A DNA stretch of 50,374 nt, taken from Candidatus Bathyarchaeota archaeon. Its GTDB lineage: Archaea > Thermoproteota > Bathyarchaeia > Bathyarchaeales > SOJC01. Position numbers and translations under genes: made by a program. Shown piece after piece: positions 19,740-28,199 of the stretch. The DNA lies in contig SOJC01000077.1 of assembly GCA_004376645.1 (NCBI GenBank), positions 1 to 50,374 of the forward strand. The letters run 5' to 3'. Position 1 is the stretch's first letter, and each line of letters starts with the position of its first letter. The notes under the pieces were generated by a model, which saw only the letters and a list, made by a program, of their open reading frames with translations, searched no databases and was not told where the DNA came from.

Positions 19740-19805
19740 AATACTGCTTTCTGTCGTTTCTGTTCTTAAGTCTTTTGGACTGCATATATCGATGTCGTAG
19801 TCTGA

Positions 19806-20315
19806 TTACGCAATATACTTTTCATTGGTAGCCTCAAAGTTCTTCACAATCTCCATTACTCGTTTTGGCCCTTTCAAGTTATCTAATGGAAGCCCATAAA
19901 GTAAAGACCAAGGACCTAACTTCGCAAATCGTGTCGCAGCATGATCTTGACCTAAACAATTTTTCGTTACCTTATACACCAGGGATCGCACTTCTGACTC
20001 TTGTATGTGTCCTAAGGCGTGTAAGTACTCATGAAGTAGCAATGTATAGATCAAAGCGTTCAACGATTTTTGAGATTTTGTAATAGCCGCTACTACCTGG
20101 GTAAGCGCGCGGTTCAAGACGATGTTGTTTGTTCCTAAGGGATGGTAAGCTCCGAGTCTGAGAGGGAAATCGTCAAGGAAGAGCATCATACCTTGCCGAT
20201 GCTGCTTCAGGACAGCTCTTACGTTATCCTTCACTATTTCCCAGATTTCATTATATCCTTGAGCGTCACTCAATCTCTTCTTGTTTTGTTCAATAATATC
20301 CATGATTCTCAGCAT
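19806..20315 (-). CDS. Hypothetical protein with HExxH motif; possible minimal zinc metallopeptidase
   Basis: 169 aa. LLLHEYLHALGH contains HExxH followed by GH. I recognise no other family signature. Confidence 0.4.
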   Translation of the reverse strand: MLRIMDIIEQNKKRLSDAQGYNEIWEIVKDNVRAVLKQHRQGMMLFLDDFPLRLGAYHPLGTNNIVLNRALTQVVAAITKSQKSLNALIYTLLLHEYLHALGHIQESEVRSLVYKVTKNCLGQDHAATRFAKLGPWSLLYGLPLDNLKGPKRVMEIVKNFEATNEKYIA

Positions 20316-20372
20316 CGATTTCAGGGAATAATTATAGCTTTTCTTGATCTATTGCAAGCTGATTATCTTTCT

Positions 20373-20828
20373 TTAAGGTTTTGGTGAAAGAATCGCGAAG
20401 ACAGCAACAGCAACTAGTGCTAAACCCACTACGACAAAGAGAAGAACATATTCTTGGGGAAACCCTAAGATATAATGTTGCACGTCGTAGTTGAGAGTCA
20501 CTTGTTTGGCCTCCTCTGAGAATAGGTTTTCAAACTGCAATGTGTAGACACCTGATTCTAGAACTGTAAATTGAAAACTCTTTGAGCCCACGTTCTTGTA
20601 GCTTAGAATAGGGTTTTGATTAGCATCAAGAATGGAGAAATTTATGATACTCTCATGGCTCACTACTACAAATCTGCCTGAGACGCGGTCTCCTTCATTC
20701 AAATCCAAAGTCTTTACGACGCGATCCACCGCTTTGACTATGAAGTTCCCTGAATATGCTTGAGCAGGGCTTGTTAGCAAGCAGTTGAGTATCGAGAGAG
20801 CAATGAGAACTCTAATGAGATGTTTCAC
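20373..20828 (-). CDS. Secreted type-I membrane protein with an emp24/GOLD-like beta-sandwich domain
   Basis: 151 aa with a signal peptide (LIALSILNCLLTSPAQA/YS). The core LNEGDRVSGRFVV....INFSILD.NQNPILSYKNVGSKSFQFTVLESGVYTLQFENLFS...KQVTLNYDV follows the GOLD pattern (G.Y..CF.N..S....K.V.F). A C-terminal TM helix is present. Confidence 0.5.
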   Translation of the reverse strand: MKHLIRVLIALSILNCLLTSPAQAYSGNFIVKAVDRVVKTLDLNEGDRVSGRFVVVSHESIINFSILDANQNPILSYKNVGSKSFQFTVLESGVYTLQFENLFSEEAKQVTLNYDVQHYILGFPQEYVLLFVVVGLALVAVAVFAILSPKP

Positions 20829-21089
20829 GCCGAGCTACCACTTCTTTGGTGAATGTCACGGAAGAAAAGTCTTACTTTCCTAGAATCAAGATTTTGATTA
20901 CACTTTTCGCTAGGACATGATAGGTTATCCAAAGCATGTCATGCACAAATCTCTGATTACATCCCTAGAAAATTCCATCAACCTCCGTTGGAATGCACAG
21001 CGTCACATTCCTGATTCAACAACAAGCTAGGCTTACCCTTCCACTTTAATAAGTGAGAACCTGTACTTCATTGAGTAAGGCCACTTAAG

Positions 21090-21791
21090 TTGAGGACACC
21101 ACAAGCTAGTACGAAATTGTGGAGACATCAATATTTATTGTTCAGGCTTGCTGCGATGGGAGCCTATCATAGAACCATCAAAGTTTCAACCCAATATTTG
21201 GCAGAAAGGATAGGAAGTTCCCAGCAAACAGCTTCCCGCCATTTGATTGAATTGGACCAATTGAACTGGATCAAACGGTTAATTACAAACGAAGGTTGCT
21301 TAATCGCACTTACAGACAGCGGAAAGGCGCAATTGAAAAATCTATATTCAAAACTCAAGATCGTCGTGGAAGCTGCACATCCTCTTTCAGTGACTCTTGA
21401 AGGCATAGTGTTTAGTGGTTTAGGTGAAGGCGCATACTATGTTAGACAAGATGGATACCGAAAACAATTCATCGAAAAACTCGGATTCGATCCCTATCCG
21501 GGCACCCTGAATATTAGACTTACAACGGATTACGATATCGCAGCTAGCAAAGAGCTAGAAAATTACCCAGCCATAGAAATCGAAGAATTCAAGGATGAAT
21601 CAAGGACTTTCGGTCATGTCAGATGCTACCCAGCACTTATAAACAACAAAGCTAGAGGTGCATTAATCGCCGCCTTCCGAACGCATTATGATTCTTCAGT
21701 ATTAGAGATCATCTCCCCTCATTTCCTACGCAGCCAACTCAAGATTAAAGATGGACAAAAAGTGAGGCTTGAGATTTTCACCATGCCATGA
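21090..21791 (+). CDS. ribK: CTP-dependent riboflavin kinase fused to an N-terminal winged-helix domain (RbkR-like)
   Basis: The C-terminal half (GEGAYYV...GYRKQFIEKLGFDPYPGTLNIRL...) matches the archaeal RibK (MJ0056) family. The N-terminal ~80 aa (STQYLAERIGSSQQTASRHLIELDQLNWIKR) form a wHTH. The start is TTG. Confidence 0.85.
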   Translation: MRTPQASTKLWRHQYLLFRLAAMGAYHRTIKVSTQYLAERIGSSQQTASRHLIELDQLNWIKRLITNEGCLIALTDSGKAQLKNLYSKLKIVVEAAHPLSVTLEGIVFSGLGEGAYYVRQDGYRKQFIEKLGFDPYPGTLNIRLTTDYDIAASKELENYPAIEIEEFKDESRTFGHVRCYPALINNKARGALIAAFRTHYDSSVLEIISPHFLRSQLKIKDGQKVRLEIFTMP

Positions 21792-21817
21792 ATCAGCCTT
21801 CCAAGTGAGCAAGGCGT

Positions 21818-22291
21818 TCAGGGTTTCCGCTTATACAGTTCAACAATTTTCTTCTTGATCTCACTGCTACTATTGAGTTCATCTTCGCCAAACTGTCCGA
21901 TTCCCACAATCTTCATTTTTAATTTTCGCTCTGAGACAACTTTTCTCACGATTTCTTTGATACCCTTCTGATCATGTCCCAGAGCAATCACATCCGGGTT
22001 TATTCTCTCGATCACTTTATAGATGTCAAATTCTTCGTATCCTAGAACTGCTTCATCTACTACTTCCAAAGCTTCCACTAATGCTCGTCTTTGGTTCTCT
22101 GACATCACTGACCTCTCACCTTTCCTGTTTTCAACTGTCCTGTCTCTGGCAACAACAACGACGAGTTGCGCGTTTTCTCCACCAGCCCTTTTCGCTTCTT
22201 CCAAGAATTTAACATGTCCCAGGTGAAGTAAGTCAAAAACGCCTGCAGCTATAACTATAGGGCGCCTCTTCATTCTTTCTTTGTGGTCCAC
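21818..22291 (-). CDS. ribL: FAD synthase (FMN adenylyltransferase), archaeal RibL type
   Basis: Cytidylyltransferase-fold motif AAGVFDLLHLGHVKFLEEAK in a 157-aa protein. It overlaps the upstream DUF357 gene. Confidence 0.85.
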   Translation of the reverse strand: MDHKERMKRRPIVIAAGVFDLLHLGHVKFLEEAKRAGGENAQLVVVVARDRTVENRKGERSVMSENQRRALVEALEVVDEAVLGYEEFDIYKVIERINPDVIALGHDQKGIKEIVRKVVSERKLKMKIVGIGQFGEDELNSSSEIKKKIVELYKRKP

Positions 22292-22533
22292 TGGAACTTC
22301 ACCATCTTTAACAATCTTAATGCGTCAAGCAAACCTTCGCAGTAGGCTATCGAGACAAGGGCTGTCTCAAATCTTTTTTGGTCACAATAATACAACGTGT
22401 CCTCAAAATACCTCTTTGCATGATCTAAGATTTTCCCAGCCCCTACAGCAACACCATCCTTTGCCTGCTGTATTTGCTCGAAAGTATATTCCACACTACC
22501 GACATATCTCGCAACAAGATCTTCAATTGTCAC
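22270..22533 (-). CDS. DUF357 domain protein
   Basis: 87-aa helical protein (YFEDTLYY...ALVSIAYCEGLLDALRLL). It occupies the position where DUF357 is usually found, next to or fused with ribL. Confidence 0.6.
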   Translation of the reverse strand: MTIEDLVARYVGSVEYTFEQIQQAKDGVAVGAGKILDHAKRYFEDTLYYCDQKRFETALVSIAYCEGLLDALRLLKMVKFQWTTKKE

Positions 22534-23333
22534 TTAACCCACCCCCCAATAATATCAGGTGCATGCGCTAGCGTGACTAGTGCTTCTGCTTCCACAAAAT
22601 GAAGCTTTCCTGGAAAGATTAGTATGTGCGGTGGTCCTCCAAACTTGAACTCTAGAACCTCGTTGAACAAACCAGCTTTCACAGTGGGATTTTTTGAGCC
22701 GGCTCTTGCTATGCCTACGACCAACGTTTTGTCAGTAATCACTGATTCATGTTTAGCGTCCTCAATCGAAAAAAGCATTTGAAGCGCCGTATGCACGTGC
22801 ATATACTGGTCTTCTTCTACTTTGAGATCCAAGAAACAGAGAGTGTGGAGCCCAGCTCTCATATTCATCTTTATGACGTTGTATGGTGTTTCTGAAACAG
22901 GACAGTTTCCGTTGAATGGTACTGTCACGCTTCTTCCAAACTTATAGTTCTGCAGACCTGATAATGCAATTGCTGCAGATGTTATTGACGCCCCGTGGAT
23001 TACACGTGTTCTTATACCATTTCGCTCCGCTCGTATCCTCAAATCTACATGTGTTGTAGCTATCATGGGATCTCCTGGCACTAGGAACACGGTCTTACCT
23101 TTCTTTGCTTCAGTGAGAATTTGCTCTCCATCTTGCTCCTCTAAGTTTTGTCTTGTTAGAAGAACGATTTTGTCTTTGATTAGGAGTTCCAAGTTTTTAA
23201 TTCTTAACCCAATCATTAGACTTGTATACAACTCTGCGAAAACTGAATCTGCGCTTCTCGCCTCTTCTAGACCTCGTAGAGAGATATCATTCTCGTCGAA
23301 CAAACCTAAACCGATAAAAACGAGTTCGCCCAC
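22530..23333 (-). CDS. dphB: Diphthine synthase
   Basis: N-terminus LVFIGLGLFDENDISLRGLEEARSADSVFAELYTS, then GDPMIATTH and the tetrapyrrole-methylase fold pattern. Length is 267 aa. Confidence 0.9.
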   Translation of the reverse strand: MGELVFIGLGLFDENDISLRGLEEARSADSVFAELYTSLMIGLRIKNLELLIKDKIVLLTRQNLEEQDGEQILTEAKKGKTVFLVPGDPMIATTHVDLRIRAERNGIRTRVIHGASITSAAIALSGLQNYKFGRSVTVPFNGNCPVSETPYNVIKMNMRAGLHTLCFLDLKVEEDQYMHVHTALQMLFSIEDAKHESVITDKTLVVGIARAGSKNPTVKAGLFNEVLEFKFGGPPHILIFPGKLHFVEAEALVTLAHAPDIIGGWVK

Positions 23334-23416
23334 TCAGATCACCACGTGTCTACGTAATTCAGCGAAAAATATTAGGTTACCTATACTGAAAAGAGAAGTC
23401 AAGGATTAGGTTGTTG

Positions 23417-23493
23417 GGGCCCGTAGCTCAGCAAGGCAGAGCAGCGGACTCTTAATCCGTAGGTCGCGGGTTCAATTCCCGTCGGGCCCGCCA
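23417..23493 (+). tRNA. tRNA-Lys (anticodon CTT), with genomically encoded CCA
   Basis: Manual cloverleaf fold: acceptor GGGCCCG/CGGGCCC, D stem GCTC/GAGC, anticodon stem GCGGA/TCCGT with loop CTCTTAA, T arm GCGGG-TTCAATT-CCCGT, discriminator G, then CCA at 23491-23493. Confidence 0.9.
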
Positions 23494-23556
23494 CATCCTT
23501 CAGCTATAGTCTCCAACTCGTAAACAGATATAGCTGCATCGTTCCTTCCGAAGAGT

Positions 23557-23796
23557 CTATTTTCTGGCCTTGATCTCCTTCTTTAGCTTCTCCATTTCCT
23601 GTCTAAGATTCAAGACTTCGAAGAATAAGTACAAAGATCCGTGCTTCACAAATTGCTCTACTTTCTCAGTTGTTGGTTTCTCTCCTATTTTGTCTCCTAC
23701 TGTCTCCACAACTTCCTTAACAAAGAGTTCTTTTTGGCTCATCGCAAATCCAAAGATAGAGAAAGGGTGGTTTGTGATAAAAGTTATGAACTTCAA
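23557..23796 (-). CDS. Hypothetical small protein
   Basis: 79-aa ORF. A more plausible start is the internal ATG at 23742 (MSQKELFVKEVVE...). It is charged and helical, with no recognisable motif. Confidence 0.35.
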   Translation of the reverse strand: MKFITFITNHPFSIFGFAMSQKELFVKEVVETVGDKIGEKPTTEKVEQFVKHGSLYLFFEVLNLRQEMEKLKKEIKARK

Positions 23797-23923
23797 AACA
23801 GGATTCTACGTAAACTGTCGAGTAGCAACATATAGTCTGTAGTTCACTCAGAGATCCACTGACAACAAAGATACTGCATTAAATTCAACCTCTGTCGAGC
23901 CTAACAAGATTACAGTATTGGGA

Positions 23924-24352
23924 TCATTCACTACTATCAACAATGAGTTCTATGAGTATCTTCCGTGAACTCTTCAGCTCCTTCAACATTCGCTCTGAGA
24001 AATCACTCGCTGTTTTATCCGCTTTTATTCCAAGTGTTCTCCTACAGACAAAGTTGCTTTTTCGTATTACTAGATCTGTTGGATGACTGAGAGTAATGTT
24101 TGGGCTACCCCATGCTTGAATCACTTCTTCTTCGTTGCCAACTCGGAATATTACGGTTAATTTCGCCCTTGCATTCCGCAAAGCCCTTTTGAACGTTTCA
24201 TTCAAGCTTGGACCGCTCTTATCCGCCGCTACAACAACTATGCAGTCACCTCTCTCAGTCAAACGGGGTTCCTTTGTTATTTCAAAGGTCTTCTTATTTG
24301 TGGCAAGTATGTTTCTGTGACCGTGCGCGGTCACCTCTTCAACCACCCTCAA
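23924..24352 (-). CDS. DUF371 domain protein
   Basis: 142 aa. AHGHRNILATNKKTFEITKEPRLTERGDCIVVVAADK matches the conserved start of the archaeal DUF371 family, as recalled. Confidence 0.6.
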   Translation of the reverse strand: MRVVEEVTAHGHRNILATNKKTFEITKEPRLTERGDCIVVVAADKSGPSLNETFKRALRNARAKLTVIFRVGNEEEVIQAWGSPNITLSHPTDLVIRKSNFVCRRTLGIKADKTASDFSERMLKELKSSRKILIELIVDSSE

Positions 24353-24400
24353 TGCCTCCCCCTCTCAGACATAGACGAACCACCCAACATTATGATAATT

Positions 24401-25354
24401 TCATTCAAGCACGTCTATTGAATCAACTTTGCCATCGCCAACCAAGTCAAATCCTTGTATAACCGTGGCGAAATTATCTTCGCCTTGATAGTTTTTCAGA
24501 AGCTTCTTCCAATATTTGACGAACGCTAAAACGCACGCCTTTGTCCCTACAGCTTTGTTTCCAGCGAAAACGATGGTTCTTTTCTCTTTATCCCACGGAT
24601 TCACTATCTTCGCTACTAGACCCATCGTATCAGCAGTGTAGATGTTTCCAGTTTTTTCAGATACCAAACCACCGAAGATGAAACCGTGTTCTGAGGGTGT
24701 CATGTTGAAATTAATTGGTAAGTATTTGTTAATCTCTTGTGTAAGCAGGTTCGTCCCTGGACCGCCTACCAATATCAGATTATTCTTCTCTTCTTTCTCA
24801 GCTTTCATATCTACATCAAGTTTTATGATGAAGTCATCCGGAAGCTTTGAGTACTGTCCTAGATAAAATGTTAGATAAGCTGCGTAATGACCATCACGAG
24901 CACTTGTTTTGAATGGCCCATGAGGATCTGGGCTTCCCACTACTATCGTGCCTTCGAATGCATCATCGTCGAGAATTGGGTGTAGAAATTGCAAGACTTT
25001 CTTTGATGTTAAGGTCGAAGGAACACGGCTTCGCCTTCCTCCGAATGGTAACTCAACTCCAAAAGCTGGAAAACTTGCTCTGTAAAACTTTGCCATCGCC
25101 CCTTTTCTTTCTTCTTCTTTAACTTTTGTTATTGCTTTTGCTTGTACGAGTTTCCTTATGTGATAATAGACTTTTTGCTCATGTATACCAAGCCTTCTAG
25201 CGATCTCCATGGGATACATTGCTTTCTCGCTGAGCATGTGAAGAATTTCCCAAGATAGCTTATTGAGGATCAACTTCAGCTTTCGGGGATCATTGTAGAT
25301 GCAAATTTCTTTTCCTTCTTGCTGTTCCTTGGAAAATAACAGTTTTTGCTTCAT
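24401..25354 (-). CDS. Winged-helix regulator fused to a C-terminal S-layer-like (LILVGGPxxN) domain
   Basis: The N-terminus (ILNKLSWEILHMLSEKAMYPMEIARRLGIHEQKVYYHIRKLVQAKAI) is an ArsR-like wHTH. The C-terminal ~200 aa contain NLILVGGPGTNLLTQEIN, a motif I associate with archaeal S-layer-related domains. Confidence 0.6.
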   Translation of the reverse strand: MKQKLLFSKEQQEGKEICIYNDPRKLKLILNKLSWEILHMLSEKAMYPMEIARRLGIHEQKVYYHIRKLVQAKAITKVKEEERKGAMAKFYRASFPAFGVELPFGGRRSRVPSTLTSKKVLQFLHPILDDDAFEGTIVVGSPDPHGPFKTSARDGHYAAYLTFYLGQYSKLPDDFIIKLDVDMKAEKEEKNNLILVGGPGTNLLTQEINKYLPINFNMTPSEHGFIFGGLVSEKTGNIYTADTMGLVAKIVNPWDKEKRTIVFAGNKAVGTKACVLAFVKYWKKLLKNYQGEDNFATVIQGFDLVGDGKVDSIDVLE

Positions 25355-25384
25355 GAGGACTCATGGGAGCATAAGCTACTCCCC

Positions 25385-25394
25385 TTTATAAAAA
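25385..25394 (-). promoter_or_regulatory. TATA-box candidate for the 24401..25354 gene
   Basis: TTTATAAAAA (TTTTTATAAA on the minus strand) ends 31 nt upstream of the ATG at 25354. This would give a very short leader. Confidence 0.3.
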
Positions 25395-25584
25395 TTTTTT
25401 TAGTAGTCCATGCATAACACGGCTTGACAAAGATCACAGAGGGTAATGGTAGGCTTAAAGGTCAAAATTCGCTATTAAATTTCTTTTAAACCTAAAAGCT
25501 ACTTCCTAAAAATGCTTAAAAATAGCGGTTCCTAGATTAGCTATTGAATCTCGTAGTCAACAAATTGTAATGGAATTAACGTAA

Positions 25585-27441
25585 ATGTGCGGAATATTCG
25601 GTTGTATTCTGAAAGAGGGTCAAGCAGCACCTATAATTCACGCAGCGTTGAAAAGGCTTGAATATCGAGGCTATGATTCCGTGGGTGAGGCCACATTAGA
25701 CGAGGGGAAACTATACGTGAAAAAAGACGCTGGAAAGATCGATGAAGTCCATATGCGCCGTAATCTTGATGATTTGCCAGGACGTATAGGCATTGGACAC
25801 ACTAGATGGGCTACACACGGGGCGCCTTTTCAAGTCAATGCCCATCCTCACTTTGACTGTTCAGATCCGCCTAAGATTGCCGTCGTTCACAATGGCATTA
25901 TCGAAAACTTCGCGGAACTCAGAAGGGAGTTGGAAGATGCAGGACACGTCTTTAGGTCAAAGACAGATACAGAGGTAATACCTCATTTAATCGAGGAGTA
26001 TCTGAACAGTAAACAGTTCGCGACTAAAGGCAATGTTGATTCAGAATTTATCAATGCTACTATCGCTGCTATTGGGCGTCTCCAAGGTTCTTATGCTCTT
26101 GCAGTAGTCTCAACGTCGGACCCTGACATGATACTATGCGCGCGAAATGAAAGCCCTCTTGTTTTAGGTATCGCTGACAATGCTTGGTATTTTGCGTCTG
26201 ATATTCCAGCGTTTCTGCCTTTAACAAATAAGATTATCTTTGTGGAAAATGGAGAACTGGTAGTTCTAAGAGAGAATTTGCTTGAAATTAGAAAGGTAGC
26301 TGATGGGAGTCTGGTAAGTCGCGAGACGAAGCTCGTCGATTGGCCCCCTGAGATGGTGGAGAAACAAGGTTATCCTCACTTCATGTTGAAGGAAATCCAT
26401 GAACAACCACGTTGCTTGCGGAACACTTTACGGCTACAAGAAAAATATCTGGAACTCCTTCCCACCTTTCTGGATAGAGCTCGAGAAGTCATTATGGTAG
26501 CTTGCGGAACTTCCTATCATGCTTGCCTTGCAGCGTCATACATGTTCTCGAAACTGTCTTTCTTAGCCACTCACCCAGTAATAGCCTCCGAATTCACCGA
26601 GCAACATGGCAAATCAGTCAGCATTGACAGTACAATCCTTGCTGTTAGTCAATCAGGAGAGACTGCGGACACGTTGGCCGCAGTTGAGACTGCTCGGCAG
26701 CGGGCTGCCACAATTCTAGGGTTGACCAATGTTGTAGGTTCCACTTTAACTCGCATATCTAGAGTTTACGTTGGTCAACAATCAGGTCCAGAAATCGGTG
26801 TTGCAGCTACTAAGACATTCACTTCCCAACTCTCTGTTCTCTCACAATTAGCAATACGGTTAGCGAAGAAACGAGGTAAGGTCTCGCAAGAAGAGATAGA
26901 CCTCCTAGAAGAGAAGATCGAGGAAATCCCAGATATTGTCGAAAACATAGTAGAGACCCAAGAGGAAAAAGTCAGGACGTTAGCCAGAAAGTACAAAGGA
27001 AAGCAGTGTTTCTTCTTCTTGGGCAGGGGAATTAGTTACGCAACTGCGTTAGAAGGTCGTCTGAAGCTTATGGAAGTCGCTTATGTTCCTTCCATTGCTT
27101 TCCCTGCAGGTGAAAGCAAACATGGACCTATCAGCCTCATAACTCAAGGATTCCCAGTGATTTTTGTGTGTCCTCCAGATGAAACTAGAAGGACTGTTAT
27201 TGGGAATATCATGGAGATGAAGGCTCGCGGAGCTTCTATTATCGCAATTTGCGAGAAAGGCGATGAGGACATAATAAAGTTGGTTGATGATTACGTGGAG
27301 ATTAAGGAAGGGATTCCAGGGGTTCTTTCACCGATACCTTATGTAGTGCCTCTCCAACTCTTCGCATACTACATGGCCATTGAAAGAGGTTGCGATCCTG
27401 ATATGCCTAGGAACCTAGCGAAGTCAGTGACAGTAAAATAG
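25585..27441 (+). CDS. glmS: Glutamine--fructose-6-phosphate aminotransferase (isomerizing)
   Basis: N-terminal nucleophile MCGIFG, GHTRWATHG, two SIS domains and the C-terminal NLAKSVTV(K/E) pattern. Confidence 0.95.
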   Translation: MCGIFGCILKEGQAAPIIHAALKRLEYRGYDSVGEATLDEGKLYVKKDAGKIDEVHMRRNLDDLPGRIGIGHTRWATHGAPFQVNAHPHFDCSDPPKIAVVHNGIIENFAELRRELEDAGHVFRSKTDTEVIPHLIEEYLNSKQFATKGNVDSEFINATIAAIGRLQGSYALAVVSTSDPDMILCARNESPLVLGIADNAWYFASDIPAFLPLTNKIIFVENGELVVLRENLLEIRKVADGSLVSRETKLVDWPPEMVEKQGYPHFMLKEIHEQPRCLRNTLRLQEKYLELLPTFLDRAREVIMVACGTSYHACLAASYMFSKLSFLATHPVIASEFTEQHGKSVSIDSTILAVSQSGETADTLAAVETARQRAATILGLTNVVGSTLTRISRVYVGQQSGPEIGVAATKTFTSQLSVLSQLAIRLAKKRGKVSQEEIDLLEEKIEEIPDIVENIVETQEEKVRTLARKYKGKQCFFFLGRGISYATALEGRLKLMEVAYVPSIAFPAGESKHGPISLITQGFPVIFVCPPDETRRTVIGNIMEMKARGASIIAICEKGDEDIIKLVDDYVEIKEGIPGVLSPIPYVVPLQLFAYYMAIERGCDPDMPRNLAKSVTVK

Positions 27442-27498
27442 TGCACTGCCGTAAGTCGCAAATTCTTAAGGAACCTCGTCAGTATTCTAGGATGGAAG

Positions 27499-28191
27499 GT
27501 GACAGAGATTAGAGAAGGCTCGGATGGTTGGGATCAACTAGTTGAAAATCTTGTCAATGGAGGAGTTCTCCGTTCCCCAAGAGTCATCCGAGCAATGAAA
27601 CAAGCGCCTCGTTACTGCTTTTTGCCAGAACGATCAATTGAGTATGCCTCCATGGATACACCGCTCCCAATTGGCAGGGGACAGACGGTTAGTGCCCCTC
27701 ACATGGTAGCGATTATGAACGAAGCATTGGAGTTGAGAGTAGGTCATCGCGTTTTAGAGGTAGGAGCTGGCTGCGGTTGGCACGCAGCGACCATCGCAAG
27801 AGTTGTGGCCCCAGAAGAAACTCCTAGAACAGAACGAGGGCATGTCTTCACTGTTGAGATCGTTCCTGAATTGGCAAAGATGGCCAGGGGGAATATACTA
27901 CGTCTCGGTTTTGGGGATAGAGTGACAGTGATCCATGGAGATGGTTCTTTGGGTCTTCCTGACAGTAGCCCTTATGACCGCATTTTGGTTACAGCAGCTG
28001 CCCCAGAAGTCCCCCCTCCCTTAGTTAAGCAGCTTAAATCGGGAGGGATTCTGATTATTCCTATTGGAGGAGTGCACCTATTTCAGTCTTTGACTCGTCT
28101 TCGCAAAGAATCTAATGGTTCAACAATCGAGGAAAAACTAGGCGGGGTAGCCTTTGTTCCGCTGGTTGGAAGCTTCGGACATAGAATCTGA
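27499..28191 (+). CDS. pcm: Protein-L-isoaspartate O-methyltransferase
   Basis: PR..F.P...YA..D.PLPIG.GQT.SAPHMVA, the SAM motif VLEVGAGCGW, and LK.GG.L.IP.G. The start is GTG. Confidence 0.9.
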   Translation: MTEIREGSDGWDQLVENLVNGGVLRSPRVIRAMKQAPRYCFLPERSIEYASMDTPLPIGRGQTVSAPHMVAIMNEALELRVGHRVLEVGAGCGWHAATIARVVAPEETPRTERGHVFTVEIVPELAKMARGNILRLGFGDRVTVIHGDGSLGLPDSSPYDRILVTAAAPEVPPPLVKQLKSGGILIIPIGGVHLFQSLTRLRKESNGSTIEEKLGGVAFVPLVGSFGHRI

Positions 28192-28199
28192 GCCTTCTA

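Noticed and set aside
23334-23556. tRNA-Lys checked as a possible integration hotspot for a mobile element
   Set aside because: There is no integrase, no direct repeat of the tRNA 3' end and no compositional break that I can see. The flanking genes are ordinary.
25355-25584. AT-rich 230-nt region upstream of glmS, considered as a possible riboswitch or ribozyme leader
   Set aside because: The glmS ribozyme is a bacterial element. I see no conserved helices, only TATA-like runs consistent with divergent promoters.
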